NCBI GenBank assembly: GCA_017551095.1
Contig: JAFZMQ010000014.1
Location: 9,972 to 73,971, forward strand
DNA from: Clostridia bacterium
GTDB taxonomy: Bacteria; Bacillota; Clostridia; UBA1381
Direction: 5' to 3'
DNA length: 64,000 bases
Position 1 is the stretch's first letter, and each line of letters starts with the position of its first letter. Shown piece by piece: positions 39,487-50,433 of this stretch. The translations under genes were made by a program, and so were the position numbers. Under the pieces are notes generated by a model. That model did no database searches. It was not told where the DNA came from and worked only from the letters and a program-made list of their open reading frames with translations.

Positions 39487-42243
39487 CTATCTGCCACAAC
39501 AATGCTTATATTTTTTACCGCTGCCGCATGGGCATGGGTCATTTCTGCCAGGGGTTTTCTTTGCCGTTACAGGCTTTTTGGAAAGCGAGCCGTCACCGCC
39601 TGTATCGAGCGGTTTTGCAACCTGCACACGCTTTATCTCAGGTCTTGGTTTTACGCTTAGGACATACCTTACCGTGTCACGCTTTATGGCATCTAACATT
39701 CCCTCATACAGTTCGCTGCCCACATTTCTATATTCGATAACAGGGTCATGCTGACCGTATGCACGGAGTCCTATCTCTCGCTTTACATGTTCCATTTCGT
39801 CCAAATGGTCCATCCACAAGGTATCTACAACACGCAGCATCATTACACGCTCAACTTCACGCATATTGTCGCCAAAAAGCTGACACTGCTCTTCGTACCG
39901 CTTATTTGCGATTTCCAAAAGTCTTTCACGAATTTCGTCTTTGGTTATTGTATCAAGTTCACTCTTCTTTATTTCAAACTCGCCGTTTGCCATAAGATTC
40001 TGGTTTGCAAACTCGGTAAGTCCTTTTATGTTCCAATTTTCAGGAATATCGGTAATGCCGATAAAATCATCAAGTGCGGATTCTATCGTTGCCTCAATCA
40101 TATTCTTGATTGTTTCTGAAATATCCTCGCCGTCTAAGACCATCTGACGCTGTGCATAGATGATTTTACGCTGTTCGTTCATTACCTCATCATACTGCAA
40201 AACATGGCGACGGGCGTCAAAATGACGGCTTTCAAGGTTTTTCTGTGCATTTTCGATTGATTTACTGAGGATTGACGCCTCAATCGGCTCGTCCTCGGCA
40301 ATTCCGAGTGTCGAAACCATATTCTTAACCCGGTCTGAGCCGAAAATACGCATTAAATCGTCTTCCAAAGACAGATAGAATTTCGATTGTCCCGGGTCTC
40401 CCTGTCGTCCTGAACGGCCGCGTAGCTGGTTATCTATACGCCGTGACTCGTGACGCTCTGTGCCGATTATATAAAGTCCTCCTGCTGCCTTGACTTCGTC
40501 CTGCTCGTCCTTTAAATCTGCTTTAAACTTATTGTTAAGCTCCTCAAATTTTGCTCTTACCGCCAAAATATCGGCGTCGTCGGTTTCAGCATGACCTGTT
40601 GCCTCGGTCATGAGCATTTCGATTTTTTCGTCGGTCATTTCTTCATCATTTGCTTTTTTTGCGATAAGCCCTTTTAACAGCTCATGTTTTGCCAAATACT
40701 CCGCATTACCGCCGAGAATAATATCTGTGCCTCGTCCTGCCATATTTGTGGCGATTGTAACTGCACCTTTTTTACCTGCTTGGGCTACGATTTCCGCCTC
40801 TTTTGCGTGATATTTGGCGTTTAAGACCTCATGCTTTATGCCCTCTCGCTTTAAAAGTGCGGACAAAACTTCCGACTTATCCACATTGGTTGTGCCGACC
40901 AGAACCGGTTGTCCTTTTTCGTTACACTCACGGATTTTACGGATAACCGCCATATATTTGCCCTTTTCGGTGCGGTAAACGCTATCGTGCTCATCAATTC
41001 TTATAACCGGCTTATTTGTAGGCACTTCAACGCAGTCCAGCCTGTAAATCTGCTGGAATTCCTCTTCCTCGGTAAGTGCCGTACCCGTCATACCCGAAAG
41101 CTTTTTATAGAGTCTGAAATAGTTTTGGAATGTAATTGTTGCAAGGGTTTTGGACTCGTTTTCAACATTTACGCCCTCTTTTGCTTCAATCGCCTGATGA
41201 AGTCCGTCGGAATAGCGTCTGCCGGGCATAATTCTTCCCGTAAATTCATCAACAATTTTGACCTCGCCGTCCTGCACAACATACTGTCTGTCACGGTGCA
41301 TTACGCCGTTTGCGGAAAGTGCCTGATTTATATGATGTTGAATCTTCATATTATCGGGATCGGCTAAGTTTTCGATATTGAAAAACTGCTCCGCCTTTTC
41401 AATTCCACGCTTTGTTAAAGTCGCCGTTCTTGCCTTTTCGTCCACGATATAGTCACAGTTGGCATCATCATCTAAAACCTTGTCGTCTTCCTCGGTTACG
41501 ACCATCTTTTTAAGACCCTTTACGAACTTGTCCGCCGCTTTATATAGGTCAGTTGCGGCTTCGCCCATACCCGATATAATCAAAGGTGTTCTCGCCTCGT
41601 CGATTAAAATTGAGTCCACATCGTCGACAATCGCATAGTTATGCCCTCTTTGCACCTGTTGTTCCTTATAGGTCACCATATTATCCCTGAGGTAATCAAA
41701 CCCCATTTCGTTATTTGTTCCATAGGTAATATCAGCAGCATATGCCGCCTTACGCTCGTCATTATCAATGTCGTGGATTATAAGACCTACCGAAAGCCCT
41801 AAGAATTTGTAAACCTTGCCCATCCATTCGGAGTCACGCTTTGCAAGGTAGTCGTTTACCGTAACTATATGCACTCCTTCGCCCGTCAGTGCGTTAAGAT
41901 ATGCGGGGAGCGTTGAAACAAGCGTTTTACCTTCACCCGTTTTCATCTCGGCAATTCTGCCTTGATGAAGAATAATTCCACCTATTACCTGCACATAAAA
42001 ATGCTTCATTCCAAGCACACGCCACGAAGCCTCTCTTACAACTGCAAAAGCCTCGGGCAAAATACTGTCCAAATCCTCGCCGTCTTTTATCCGTTTTTTA
42101 AATTCCTCAGTCTTTCCTGCAAGTTCTTTATCCGAAAGTGCCTGAATTTGCGGTTCTAATGCCATAACCTTGTCCGCAATAGGCGTAACCCTTTTTAGTT
42201 CTCTCTGTGAGTAAGTACCGAAAATTTTATCAAAAAGTCCCAT
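39487..42243 (-). CDS. secA: Preprotein translocase subunit SecA
   Basis: DEAD motor domains and a C-terminal Zn-binding [14 protein letters not shown]. Confidence 0.95.
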   Translation of the reverse strand: MGLFDKIFGTYSQRELKRVTPIADKVMALEPQIQALSDKELAGKTEEFKKRIKDGEDLDSILPEAFAVVREASWRVLGMKHFYVQVIGGIILHQGRIAEMKTGEGKTLVSTLPAYLNALTGEGVHIVTVNDYLAKRDSEWMGKVYKFLGLSVGLIIHDIDNDERKAAYAADITYGTNNEMGFDYLRDNMVTYKEQQVQRGHNYAIVDDVDSILIDEARTPLIISGMGEAATDLYKAADKFVKGLKKMVVTEEDDKVLDDDANCDYIVDEKARTATLTKRGIEKAEQFFNIENLADPDNMKIQHHINQALSANGVMHRDRQYVVQDGEVKIVDEFTGRIMPGRRYSDGLHQAIEAKEGVNVENESKTLATITFQNYFRLYKKLSGMTGTALTEEEEFQQIYRLDCVEVPTNKPVIRIDEHDSVYRTEKGKYMAVIRKIRECNEKGQPVLVGTTNVDKSEVLSALLKREGIKHEVLNAKYHAKEAEIVAQAGKKGAVTIATNMAGRGTDIILGGNAEYLAKHELLKGLIAKKANDEEMTDEKIEMLMTEATGHAETDDADILAVRAKFEELNNKFKADLKDEQDEVKAAGGLYIIGTERHESRRIDNQLRGRSGRQGDPGQSKFYLSLEDDLMRIFGSDRVKNMVSTLGIAEDEPIEASILSKSIENAQKNLESRHFDARRHVLQYDEVMNEQRKIIYAQRQMVLDGEDISETIKNMIEATIESALDDFIGITDIPENWNIKGLTEFANQNLMANGEFEIKKSELDTITKDEIRERLLEIANKRYEEQCQLFGDNMREVERVMMLRVVDTLWMDHLDEMEHVKREIGLRAYGQHDPVIEYRNVGSELYEGMLDAIKRDTVRYVLSVKPRPEIKRVQVAKPLDTGGDGSLSKKPVTAKKTPGRNDPCPCGSGKKYKHCCGR

Positions 42244-42363
42244 TTTGCACCTCAAATTATGATTTATTTAAAGTCAATACATTCCCATAATATACCTATT
42301 TTACATTATACCACAATTCAATAGGAATTACCATACTTTTTTTGAATTTTTTGTAAACTTTTA

Positions 42364-42390
42364 GGGAGTGCGTAAATAGCACTCCCCATT
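42364..42390. terminator. Stable hairpin downstream of dpaB (probable terminator)
   Basis: GGGAGTGC-gtaaata-GCACTCCC. The flanking sequence is only moderately T-rich. Confidence 0.45.
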
Positions 42391-42412
42391 TATCTTTTGC
42401 CGATATATATAA

Positions 42413-42991
42413 TCAGCACAATATTGGCTGTAATTGTTTACCCTCTAACGCAAGTTCGGCAGCAGGTATGATTTTGGTCATATCAGCAACAAGCGAATTT
42501 GGCTTTTTTTCGCAGTCGTCCTGTCCGAATGGGACAAGATAGATATGTTTGCTGTTTAGCAAAAAGCCTATATTTTTCGCGGCATTTCCAAGCCCGTCAT
42601 TTGTTGAAACAGCTATTAAAACGGGTTTTCCGCCACGCAAATGTGCCTTTGCGGCCATAGTCACCGAGCTATCGGCAATACCGTTTGCAAGTTTTGCAAG
42701 GGAGTTACCCGTACACGGTGCTATGATAAGTAAATCAAGATAGCTTTTAGGTCCTATCGGTTCTGCTTCTTTTACCGATTTGATTATAGGATTCCCGCAA
42801 ATCATTTGCAGTCTTGCTGCAAAGTCCTTGGCTTCTCCGAATCTTGTATCGGTAGAATACGCCGCCTCACTCATTATCGGTATAATATTAGCATTGGTTG
42901 CCGCAAGTTTTTCCGCTTCCTTTATCACTCTTGCAAAGGTGCAAAACGAGCCGGTCATTGCAAATCCGACAGTTTTGCCTTTTAGTTCCAC
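42413..42991 (-). CDS. dpaB: Dipicolinate synthase subunit B (flavoprotein)
   Basis: Flavoprotein fold. Immediately downstream of dpaA. 192 aa. Confidence 0.85.
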   Translation of the reverse strand: MELKGKTVGFAMTGSFCTFARVIKEAEKLAATNANIIPIMSEAAYSTDTRFGEAKDFAARLQMICGNPIIKSVKEAEPIGPKSYLDLLIIAPCTGNSLAKLANGIADSSVTMAAKAHLRGGKPVLIAVSTNDGLGNAAKNIGFLLNSKHIYLVPFGQDDCEKKPNSLVADMTKIIPAAELALEGKQLQPILC

Positions 42992-42994
42992 ATT

Positions 42995-43837
42995 TTACAC
43001 CTCCGTTTCAGATAAAATGTTCATTATAGTTTCCTTTATGATTTTTCCGGAGGTTATGGGTGCAGTTTTTCCGGGGAGAGAAAGTGCCCATATTACATTT
43101 TTTTCAAGCCTTTTCGCTGTCTCAAAATCTACTCCGCCAGGCTTCGACGCAACATCAAGTATCAATGCGTCGCCACGCACATTTTTAAGTGCGTCGCCGT
43201 CTAAGACACGGGCAGGAACGGTGTTTATGATTAGGTCAAAGTCCGACACTACTTTCGCCAAATCCTTAGTATGTACCGATTTTAAGCCCTTTTCCTCTAT
43301 CCAAGCAAAATCCTCGCATTTCCTTGCCGAAACTGTAACATTGCTTCCTAAGAGCCTGAATTTTTCCGCAATCACCTTTCCGACACGCCCGTAGCCTATC
43401 ACTAAAACACGGCTTCCGAAAATTGTAATCGGCATTTCGGAAAGTGCAATTTCAATAACGCCCTCCGCTGTCGGAATGGCGTTTTTTATTATAAGCTCTT
43501 CCCTGTTAAAATAGTCTATATACCTTATTCCCCTGTCTTTTAGCATTTTCTCCGCATCGTCAGGCATTTTTGCACCTAAAACAAGACAGTTTTTGTCTAT
43601 TTTTTTAATAATATCAAAAAGAGCCGTTTTTGTTTTTGAAATCGGAGCGTTTAGGTTGACACCGTCACTGCTGGTTGGGATCGGGAAAACCAAAATATTA
43701 GCTTTTTTAAGCTTTTCAAGCGGAATTTTGCCCTCTGAAAGCCCGAGTGCCGTAACATCAAAATTTTCCTTTTCCAAAAGATTTTTGACAGTTTCCTGCC
43801 TCAAATCGCCTCCTAATATGAACACAGACTTTTTCAC
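42995..43837 (-). CDS. dpaA: Dipicolinate synthase subunit A
   Basis: NAD(P)-binding Rossmann domain (VLVIGYGRVG). SpoVFA family. 280 aa. Confidence 0.85.
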   Translation of the reverse strand: MKKSVFILGGDLRQETVKNLLEKENFDVTALGLSEGKIPLEKLKKANILVFPIPTSSDGVNLNAPISKTKTALFDIIKKIDKNCLVLGAKMPDDAEKMLKDRGIRYIDYFNREELIIKNAIPTAEGVIEIALSEMPITIFGSRVLVIGYGRVGKVIAEKFRLLGSNVTVSARKCEDFAWIEEKGLKSVHTKDLAKVVSDFDLIINTVPARVLDGDALKNVRGDALILDVASKPGGVDFETAKRLEKNVIWALSLPGKTAPITSGKIIKETIMNILSETEV

Positions 43838-43950
43838 TATCCATACCTCCTTTTTACCATAATATGAAAAAGGATTTATTTTGTTAATCTTTTGTATCGT
43901 CCAAAATATTTAAAAAGTGTTGCAAAAAAAATATTAGTGTGATATACTGA

Positions 43951-44108
43951 TTCTGCCAAACAATTTTAATATGTTTTATTAGGTTACCTTTTTTTATGGG
44001 TATTCTATACCCTTTTTCGGGTCAAAATAATTTAAGAACTTGATAAAAATGCAAATTCCTTAAGTTATTTTGACTCGGATAACCTAATATTAGAATTGTT
44101 TGGCGACA
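43951..44108. repeat. Imperfect ~33-bp inverted repeat pair flanking an ~88-bp segment upstream of the GT2 gene. The segment holds a small perfect hairpin and a candidate promoter.
   Basis: Left arm (43955..43988) is GCCAAACAATTTTAATATgtttTATTAGGTTACC. The reverse complement of the right arm (44078..44103) is GCCAAACAATTCTAATAT--TAGGTTATCC. The interior holds GGGTAT-tct-ATACCC (43999..44013). A TTGACT at 44070 overlaps the right arm. Confidence 0.6.
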
Positions 44109-44188
44109 ATCGGAGTTTGCGTTTTTTATGCGTTGGCTTCGGCTGACGCATTTTTTTATTTTAAATTCTATTTTAGGAGGAAACCATT

Positions 44189-45235
44189 ATGGGCAAAAAA
44201 CTTGTATCAGTAATAATTCCAATATACAACATGGAAAAATTCTTGGACAGAACTGTCAAAAGTGTTGTGGAGTCTGATTACGATAATTTAGAGATTATCC
44301 TTGTTGACGACGGCTCTACCGATAACAGTCTTGACTTATGCAAAATTTGGGAGGGAAAAGATAGCAGAATTAAAATAATACATAAGGAAAACGGCGGAGC
44401 TTCCTCTGCGAGAAATGCAGGGATAAAGGCAAGTACAGGGGACTATATAGCTTTTGTGGATTCTGATGACATAGTAGAAAAAATGATGTATAGTAAGCTG
44501 ATTTCTTTAATTGAAAAAACATATTCTGATATAGGTTGGTGCAGTTATGACACAAATGGAGCATTAATTCCTGTTGGAAAAAAAACAGAAACAGTTATTG
44601 AAAAAGAACAGATAAAACAAAATGCAATTCTTCCATTTTTTGGCATAGTAAATAACCCCACACTACTTAATACATATAATTCAATTTTTAACAAAGTTGT
44701 CAGGGGCAGTATAATTCGCAAAAACAAAATATATTTTAGAGAAGATTTAAGGATAGGAGAGGATTCGGAATATATCACAAGATTACTAATGAAATCAAAC
44801 AGGATTGTCTTCTGTGAGGAGCCTTTATACCACTATATGACGCAAAATGATAATTCACTTACGAGAACATGTATGACAGATTTATTCAGTATAAAGGTAA
44901 AAAGATACGAGATTTTTAAATCAATCTGCGAGGAGTATGTAAATACAACTGAAAAAAGAGCAGAAGCCTTTTTTAGATATGAGATAGAATGTTTGAATCA
45001 TTATTCAATATTTCTTGGACTTAGTGAGTTTTCAAAATGTGTGAGAGAGATTTGGGATTGTGAGTATGTAAAAGATGCATATAAAAGTTTTTATGAAAAG
45101 TCAATTCCTATCGTTGGAAAACGTATTGCTTTTGCACATAAAATCAACTGTTTTTTCCTCTACTGCCTTATTGCACACCAGAAAAACCGTATTTTGCGTA
45201 CAAAAAGATTTATATGCAAAATAATTAAAAAATAG
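44189..45235 (+). CDS. Glycosyltransferase family 2
   Basis: GT2 signatures (VSVIIPIYN, ILVDDGSTD, FVDSDD). 348 aa. SD AGGAGG upstream. Confidence 0.88.
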   Translation: MGKKLVSVIIPIYNMEKFLDRTVKSVVESDYDNLEIILVDDGSTDNSLDLCKIWEGKDSRIKIIHKENGGASSARNAGIKASTGDYIAFVDSDDIVEKMMYSKLISLIEKTYSDIGWCSYDTNGALIPVGKKTETVIEKEQIKQNAILPFFGIVNNPTLLNTYNSIFNKVVRGSIIRKNKIYFREDLRIGEDSEYITRLLMKSNRIVFCEEPLYHYMTQNDNSLTRTCMTDLFSIKVKRYEIFKSICEEYVNTTEKRAEAFFRYEIECLNHYSIFLGLSEFSKCVREIWDCEYVKDAYKSFYEKSIPIVGKRIAFAHKINCFFLYCLIAHQKNRILRTKRFICKIIKK

Positions 45236-45277
45236 TAAAAAAGTGTATTGCTTAATTTAAGCAATACACTTTTTTTA
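45236..45277. terminator. Bidirectional terminator (GT2 and tyrS converge)
   Basis: 14-bp perfect stem AGTGTATTGCTTAA/TTAAGCAATACACT between an A-run and a T-run. Confidence 0.85.
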
Positions 45278-46498
45278 CTTCAAAACTACTCGGTGGAAGA
45301 CTTTTTTGCCTTTTTTGACAATCATTCCGTTATCGCCTACATAGCTTTTATCAAGTACCAGATTTACATCTGTTATTTTTTCGTCGTTTACCGAAAGTCC
45401 GTTTTGCTGAATAAGGCGTCTTGCCTCGGCTTTTGACGCCACGATTCCGATTTCACAAAGCAAATCCAAAATGCCTTTGCCGTCTATTGAAGCAATTTCG
45501 GTAGTCGGCATATCTTCGCTTACTCCGCCGCCGGAGAACACTGCTTCCGCTGCATTTTTAACCTGATTTGCGGCATCTTCGCCGTGCACCATCTTAGTTA
45601 CTTCATATGCTAAGATTTTCTTTGCCTTATTAAGCTCGGCGCCCTCCCATTTTTCCATTTCGCGTATCTCGTCCATAGGAATAAATGTGAGAAGTTTTAA
45701 GCATTTTATAACATCCGCATCCTGAACATTTACCCAATACTGATAGAAATCATACGGTGAACATTTATTTGCGTCAAGCCACAAAGCACCTTTTGCGGTT
45801 TTGCCCATTTTTTTGCCCTCGGAGGTTGTCAAAAGGGTAAATGTCATGCCGTAAACCTGCTTATTATCCTTGCGGTGACAAAGCTTGATACCGCCCAAAA
45901 TATTTGACCACTGGTCATCACCGCCAAGCTCGATTTTACAGCCGTATTTCCTGTTAAGCATAAGAAAATCGTAGCTTTGCATTGGCATATAATTAAACTC
46001 CAAAAAGGACAGACCTTTTTCAAGCCTTTGTTTAAAGCACTCGGCAGTAAGCATTGCATTTACCGAAAACTGTGAGCCTATATCACGGATAAAATCAATA
46101 TAGTTGAGATTCAACAGCCAATCAGCATTGTTTACCATTATTGCTTTTCCGTCAGTAAAGTCAACAAGGCAGGAAAGTTGCTTTTTAAAGCACTCAGCAT
46201 TATGCTCAATCGTTTCCTTTGTCATCATCTGACGCATATCCGTTCTTCCCGACGGGTCGCCGATATACGCCGTTCCGCCGCCAATTAAGGCTATGGGACG
46301 GTGACCGTGGTCTTGCATATGCTTCATTACAACCATCTGTAAAAAATGTCCTACATGCAGACTGTCGGCAGTCGGGTCAAAACCGATATAAAAGGTTACT
46401 TTTTCCTTTCCCAAAAGCTCCCTTATCTCCTCCTCGTGTGTTGTCTGGGCAATCAGCCCTCTCTCTTTCAAGACGTCAAAAACATTTTCTTCCGCCAT
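45275..46498 (-). CDS. tyrS: Tyrosine--tRNA ligase
   Basis: HIGH (HVGHF) and KMSKS-like (KMGKT) motifs and a C-terminal S4 domain. Confidence 0.93.
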   Translation of the reverse strand: MAEENVFDVLKERGLIAQTTHEEEIRELLGKEKVTFYIGFDPTADSLHVGHFLQMVVMKHMQDHGHRPIALIGGGTAYIGDPSGRTDMRQMMTKETIEHNAECFKKQLSCLVDFTDGKAIMVNNADWLLNLNYIDFIRDIGSQFSVNAMLTAECFKQRLEKGLSFLEFNYMPMQSYDFLMLNRKYGCKIELGGDDQWSNILGGIKLCHRKDNKQVYGMTFTLLTTSEGKKMGKTAKGALWLDANKCSPYDFYQYWVNVQDADVIKCLKLLTFIPMDEIREMEKWEGAELNKAKKILAYEVTKMVHGEDAANQVKNAAEAVFSGGGVSEDMPTTEIASIDGKGILDLLCEIGIVASKAEARRLIQQNGLSVNDEKITDVNLVLDKSYVGDNGMIVKKGKKVFHRVVLK

Positions 46499-46510
46499 TT
46501 TTTCTCTCCT

Positions 46511-47914
46511 TTATGATAAATCCTCAACAAAAATTTCTCTTATTTCTTCACTGTCAGTTTCCGCCCTAACCTCAGGCTTATTATCTCTTGTATCAAAAAA
46601 CTTTTTCGCAACCTGCGGGAAAAGTGCATAGCTTAATACATCTTCCTCAGTTTTTGCAAAGCCCTTGGTTTCTTCACGGTATTTGGGAAGTTCCGGCTCT
46701 ATTAAATCGGCAGGTCGGCATGTTATTACCTCATCATCACCTATCGCCATGCGGCGTACTTCTTCATTTACTTCGCCCGGAAGCTTTCCGTATTCGCCAC
46801 GCAAAAGCCCCTTGGATTCCTTGCTTACCATTTTATATCTGCCCATAAGCACATTCAAAACCGCTTGTGTGCCTACAATCTGGCTTGTCGGCGTTACAAG
46901 TGGCGGATAACCGAAATCCTTTCGCACTCTCGGCACTTCTGCCAAAACCTCGTAATACCTATCTTCTGCATTTTGCTGTTTTAACTGCGAGATAAGGTTT
47001 GAAAGCATACCGCCCGGAACTTGATACAAAAGTGCATTTGGGTCAACATTCAAAACCTTGGGGTCTAAAATGCCCTCTGCTTTTAATCTGTCTGCAACCT
47101 TTCTGAAATGTGCCGCAGCTTCCGAAAGCTTATTTAAGTCAAGCCCTGTGTCACGCTCTGTACCCTTCAAAGTTGCAACCATAGCCTCGGTTGACGGGTT
47201 TGATGTGCCGTTTGCAAGTGGCGACAAGGCACAATCTACAATATCAATACCCGCCTGTGCCGCCATAAGATTTGTCATATCGCCCGTACCTGCGGTATTG
47301 TGCGTATGGAGATGTATCGGAACACCGATATTTTCTTTTAGCTTTTTAACAAGCTGATAGCAATCGTACGGCAAAAGAAGATTTGCCATATCCTTTATAC
47401 AGATTGAGTCTGCTCCCATCTTTTCAAGCGTTTCGGAAAGCTTCACAAAATAGTCGATATTATGCACAGGGCTTACCGTATAGCTTATTGCAGCCTCACA
47501 ATGACCGCCGTATTCCTTTACAAATTTTATTGCCGACTCCAAGTTTCTCGGGTCGTTTAGAGCGTCAAAAATTCTTACAATATCTATGCCGTTTTCTATT
47601 GATTTTTTGCAGAATTCCTCTACAACATCATCAGCATAATGCTTATATCCCAAAATATTCTGACCGCGAAAGAGCATTTGCAGTTTTGTATTTGGCATAT
47701 TTGCTTTTAAGGTGCGGAGTCTTTCCCACGGATCTTCATTCAAAAACCGCATACACGCATCAAATGTAGCACCGCCCCAGCATTCAAGTGACCAATATCC
47801 TATACTGTCAAGAATTTTACACGCAGGAATCATATCCTCCGTTTTCATTCTCGTTGCTGCCTGTGACTGATGTGCGTCACGCAAAATTGTGTCTGTTATA
47901 TATAATTTACTCAT
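46511..47914 (-). CDS. Oxaloacetate decarboxylase alpha-subunit-type carboxyltransferase (5S/HMGL-like), lacking a fused biotinyl domain
   Basis: Pyruvate carboxyltransferase TIM-barrel (ILRDAHQS) plus the conserved C-terminal domain. No AMKM biotinyl domain. The biotin carrier is encoded separately upstream. Confidence 0.8.
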   Translation of the reverse strand: MSKLYITDTILRDAHQSQAATRMKTEDMIPACKILDSIGYWSLECWGGATFDACMRFLNEDPWERLRTLKANMPNTKLQMLFRGQNILGYKHYADDVVEEFCKKSIENGIDIVRIFDALNDPRNLESAIKFVKEYGGHCEAAISYTVSPVHNIDYFVKLSETLEKMGADSICIKDMANLLLPYDCYQLVKKLKENIGVPIHLHTHNTAGTGDMTNLMAAQAGIDIVDCALSPLANGTSNPSTEAMVATLKGTERDTGLDLNKLSEAAAHFRKVADRLKAEGILDPKVLNVDPNALLYQVPGGMLSNLISQLKQQNAEDRYYEVLAEVPRVRKDFGYPPLVTPTSQIVGTQAVLNVLMGRYKMVSKESKGLLRGEYGKLPGEVNEEVRRMAIGDDEVITCRPADLIEPELPKYREETKGFAKTEEDVLSYALFPQVAKKFFDTRDNKPEVRAETDSEEIREIFVEDLS

Positions 47915-47932
47915 AAGCTATTATCTCCCGTC

Positions 47933-49156
47933 TTAACCAAAGAGTGCCAAAAGCACACCTGCCGCTATCGCAGAGCCTATAACTCCTGCAACATTCGGGC
48001 CCATTGCGTGCATAAGCAGGAAGTTTTTCGGATTTTCTTCCTGACCGACCTTCTGCGAAACTCTTGCCGCCATAGGAACGGCGGAAACTCCCGCACTTCC
48101 AATAAGCGGATTTATCTTTTTCTTCAAGAAAAGGTTCATAAACTTAGCCAAAAGCACACCACCTGCCGTACCGATACCAAACGCCACTACTCCCATTGCA
48201 AGAATACAAAGCGTCAGAGGTGACAGGAAGGTTTTTGCCGTTGCCGTTGCACCCACCGAAATGCCCAAAAAGATTGTTACGATATTCATAAGCTCATTTT
48301 GAACTGTTTTTGCAAGTCTGTCGCAAACTCCCGACTCGGTAAGCAGGTTTCCGAACATAAGCGAGCCTACAAGCGGTGTTGCCGACGGAACAAGCCATGC
48401 AACAAAAATTGTGACAACTATCGGGAATATGATTTTTTCCGTTTTTGAAACAGGACGAAGTGCCGTCATCACTATACTGCGTTCCTTTTTAGTGGTAAGT
48501 GCTCTCATAATAGGCGGTTGGATTACAGGTACAAGTGCCATATATGAATATGCCGCAACTGCAATAGGACCTAAGAATTTAGGTGCTAAGCGTGATGTTA
48601 CGAAAATCGCCGTAGGTCCGTCTGCACCGCCTATAATTCCAACTGATGACGCGAGATTTTGGAGCGGCGTCCCGCCCAAAAATGTGTCAAGTGCCGGAAC
48701 AACAATAGGAAACAGCTCTTTTACACCCAAAAATGTAGCAAAAATGCCGATTTGTGCCGCAGCACCCAAAAGCAAACTCTTAGGATTTGCAATTAAGGGT
48801 CCGAAATCGGTCATTGCACCGACGCCTATGAATATAAGGCAAGGGTAAATGCCGAGTTTTACACCAAGATACAGATAATCTATAAGTCCCGGGGTAATAT
48901 CTCCGCCGCCGCCGAACATATCCCAATGCACATGACCGCCCTCAAAAAGTGCCTCATGATACACTTCCGCACCCAAAAGGTTGGTAAGTAGCATACCGAA
49001 TGCTATCGGCAAGAGTAGCAGCGGCTCGAACTTTTTAACTATTGCAAGGTAGAGCAGAAAGCAGGCAATCAAAATCATTACAACGGTCTGCCAATTATCT
49101 CCTACGGCAATCTGCGAAAAGCCCGTCTGCCCGAAAAAATTTATTATTGCTCCCAT
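47933..49156 (-). CDS. Na+-transporting decarboxylase beta subunit (OadB/MmdB/GcdB family)
   Basis: 407-aa polytopic membrane protein with the OAD_beta family architecture. Sits between the carboxyltransferase and the biotin-carrier genes. Confidence 0.85.
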   Translation of the reverse strand: MGAIINFFGQTGFSQIAVGDNWQTVVMILIACFLLYLAIVKKFEPLLLLPIAFGMLLTNLLGAEVYHEALFEGGHVHWDMFGGGGDITPGLIDYLYLGVKLGIYPCLIFIGVGAMTDFGPLIANPKSLLLGAAAQIGIFATFLGVKELFPIVVPALDTFLGGTPLQNLASSVGIIGGADGPTAIFVTSRLAPKFLGPIAVAAYSYMALVPVIQPPIMRALTTKKERSIVMTALRPVSKTEKIIFPIVVTIFVAWLVPSATPLVGSLMFGNLLTESGVCDRLAKTVQNELMNIVTIFLGISVGATATAKTFLSPLTLCILAMGVVAFGIGTAGGVLLAKFMNLFLKKKINPLIGSAGVSAVPMAARVSQKVGQEENPKNFLLMHAMGPNVAGVIGSAIAAGVLLALFG

Positions 49157-49172
49157 TTTCCCCGTCCTCCGA

Positions 49173-49502
49173 TTACTTTATTGTCAAAAGCATATCGCCT
49201 GTCTGGACAGATGAGCCCTTTGAAACGGCAACGGATGTAACCGTTCCGTCCGCTCCTGCCATAATCTCATTTTCCATTTTCATAGCTTCTAAAATTGCGA
49301 GAACCTGCCCTTTTTTAACGCTGTCCCCTACTTTTACTTTTACATCTAAAATTGTACCCGGCATAGGGCTTGTAACCTGTTCGCCGTCACCCTTTACTAC
49401 GGGAGCCTGTGCAGGTTTTGATGCTTTTCCCTCGGTTTCGCTCATAAGCTCTATTTCAATTTCATAACTTGTTCCGTTTACATTTACTCTGTACTTTTTC
49501 AT
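49173..49502 (-). CDS. Biotin carboxyl carrier protein (biotinyl domain) of the decarboxylase complex
   Basis: C-terminal biotinyl-lysine motif EAMKMEN. The probable start is MKKYRV. Confidence 0.85.
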   Translation of the reverse strand: MKKYRVNVNGTSYEIEIELMSETEGKASKPAQAPVVKGDGEQVTSPMPGTILDVKVKVGDSVKKGQVLAILEAMKMENEIMAGADGTVTSVAVSKGSSVQTGDMLLTIK

Positions 49503-49529
49503 TTTTATATCTCCTTTAATTATGCACAT

Positions 49530-49781
49530 TTATATTTTTTTAAATGATACCACTTTTATATTTTTTGCTTCGGTCCCGATTTCCTCTGCGATTACGGCGC
49601 ATGCCGCCGCAAGAATTTCCTGCTTATTGGAAATCATTTCATTTACAGGTGCTTTTTTTGCGTCTTTTATGAACAATTTGCATACCGCACTCATTACCAT
49701 ACATATCACAATCAGTGATACAAGTCCGAAAAACACAGTACCCACTCCAAGACCTACTACCAACAGATTTGACGGTTCCAT
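49530..49781 (-). CDS. Small membrane subunit of the decarboxylase complex (OadG-like gamma/delta subunit)
   Basis: 83 aa with a single N-terminal TM and a charged tail. First gene of the operon. Confidence 0.65.
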   Translation of the reverse strand: MEPSNLLVVGLGVGTVFFGLVSLIVICMVMSAVCKLFIKDAKKAPVNEMISNKQEILAAACAVIAEEIGTEAKNIKVVSFKKI

Positions 49782-49899
49782 ACTGTTCTCCTTTCAATTG
49801 CTGATATATGAGGTAATCCCGTAATAATCCCAAATTCACCTCATTATACATTTTACAATATTTTACAGATTTTTGCAATAGCAAAATGATATTTTTTGC

Positions 49900-49928
49900 A
49901 TAAAAAAATCGGCTCTTTTGCCGATTTT
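49900..49928 (-). terminator. Rho-independent terminator after the ypsA-like gene
   Basis: Minus strand ATCGGC-aaaaga-GCCGAT followed by T7. Confidence 0.7.
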
Positions 49929-50433
49929 AAAATGCAAATCCCTTTTCTTCGGTTTTTTTTGCAATATTTATTATTTCAATGCCCTTTTTTTGTGCCATTT
50001 TTACCGTTTGTGCCGTTCCGCTTGACGCATTTTTAAGATATGCTATGCACAAATCCGAAGCTTCAACCATGGCAGAATTACGCTTTTTCATACATCCCTT
50101 TTTATAAGGCTCACGGCTTACATAATACACCTCATCTGCCATAGTTAAAATGCGATCAAACCGATTCCTGTCCGTTTCGTTCCAGCCACTGCTTTGGTCG
50201 GTACACGGGAGATATAAAACGAGCCTTATATCATTATAGTCTTCACGCATCAAAATCACTTTTTCTGCCGCAAGGGTGTCAAACCCGACAGCTCCGCCTG
50301 TTATGAAGTGCGTAAATCCTTGGTTTACGGCATTCAAAAGTTCTTCATTTAAGAAACTTTTTACTAAGTCTATATCTGCATTTGAAATAATCCTATGCCC
50401 CGTAAAAAAACAAGTTTTAGGAATTAAGCTCAT
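49927..50433 (-). CDS. SLOG-family protein (YpsA-like, DUF1273)
   Basis: 168 aa with FTGHR and FITGGAVGFD motifs typical of the YpsA/DUF1273 family. Overlaps the dapB stop. Confidence 0.6.
   Translation of the reverse strand: MSLIPKTCFFTGHRIISNADIDLVKSFLNEELLNAVNQGFTHFITGGAVGFDTLAAEKVILMREDYNDIRLVLYLPCTDQSSGWNETDRNRFDRILTMADEVYYVSREPYKKGCMKKRNSAMVEASDLCIAYLKNASSGTAQTVKMAQKKGIEIINIAKKTEEKGFAF

Noticed and set aside
42780-43394. 204-aa plus-strand ORF spanning dpaB/dpaA
   Set aside because: Antisense to two conserved genes and crosses their gene boundary.
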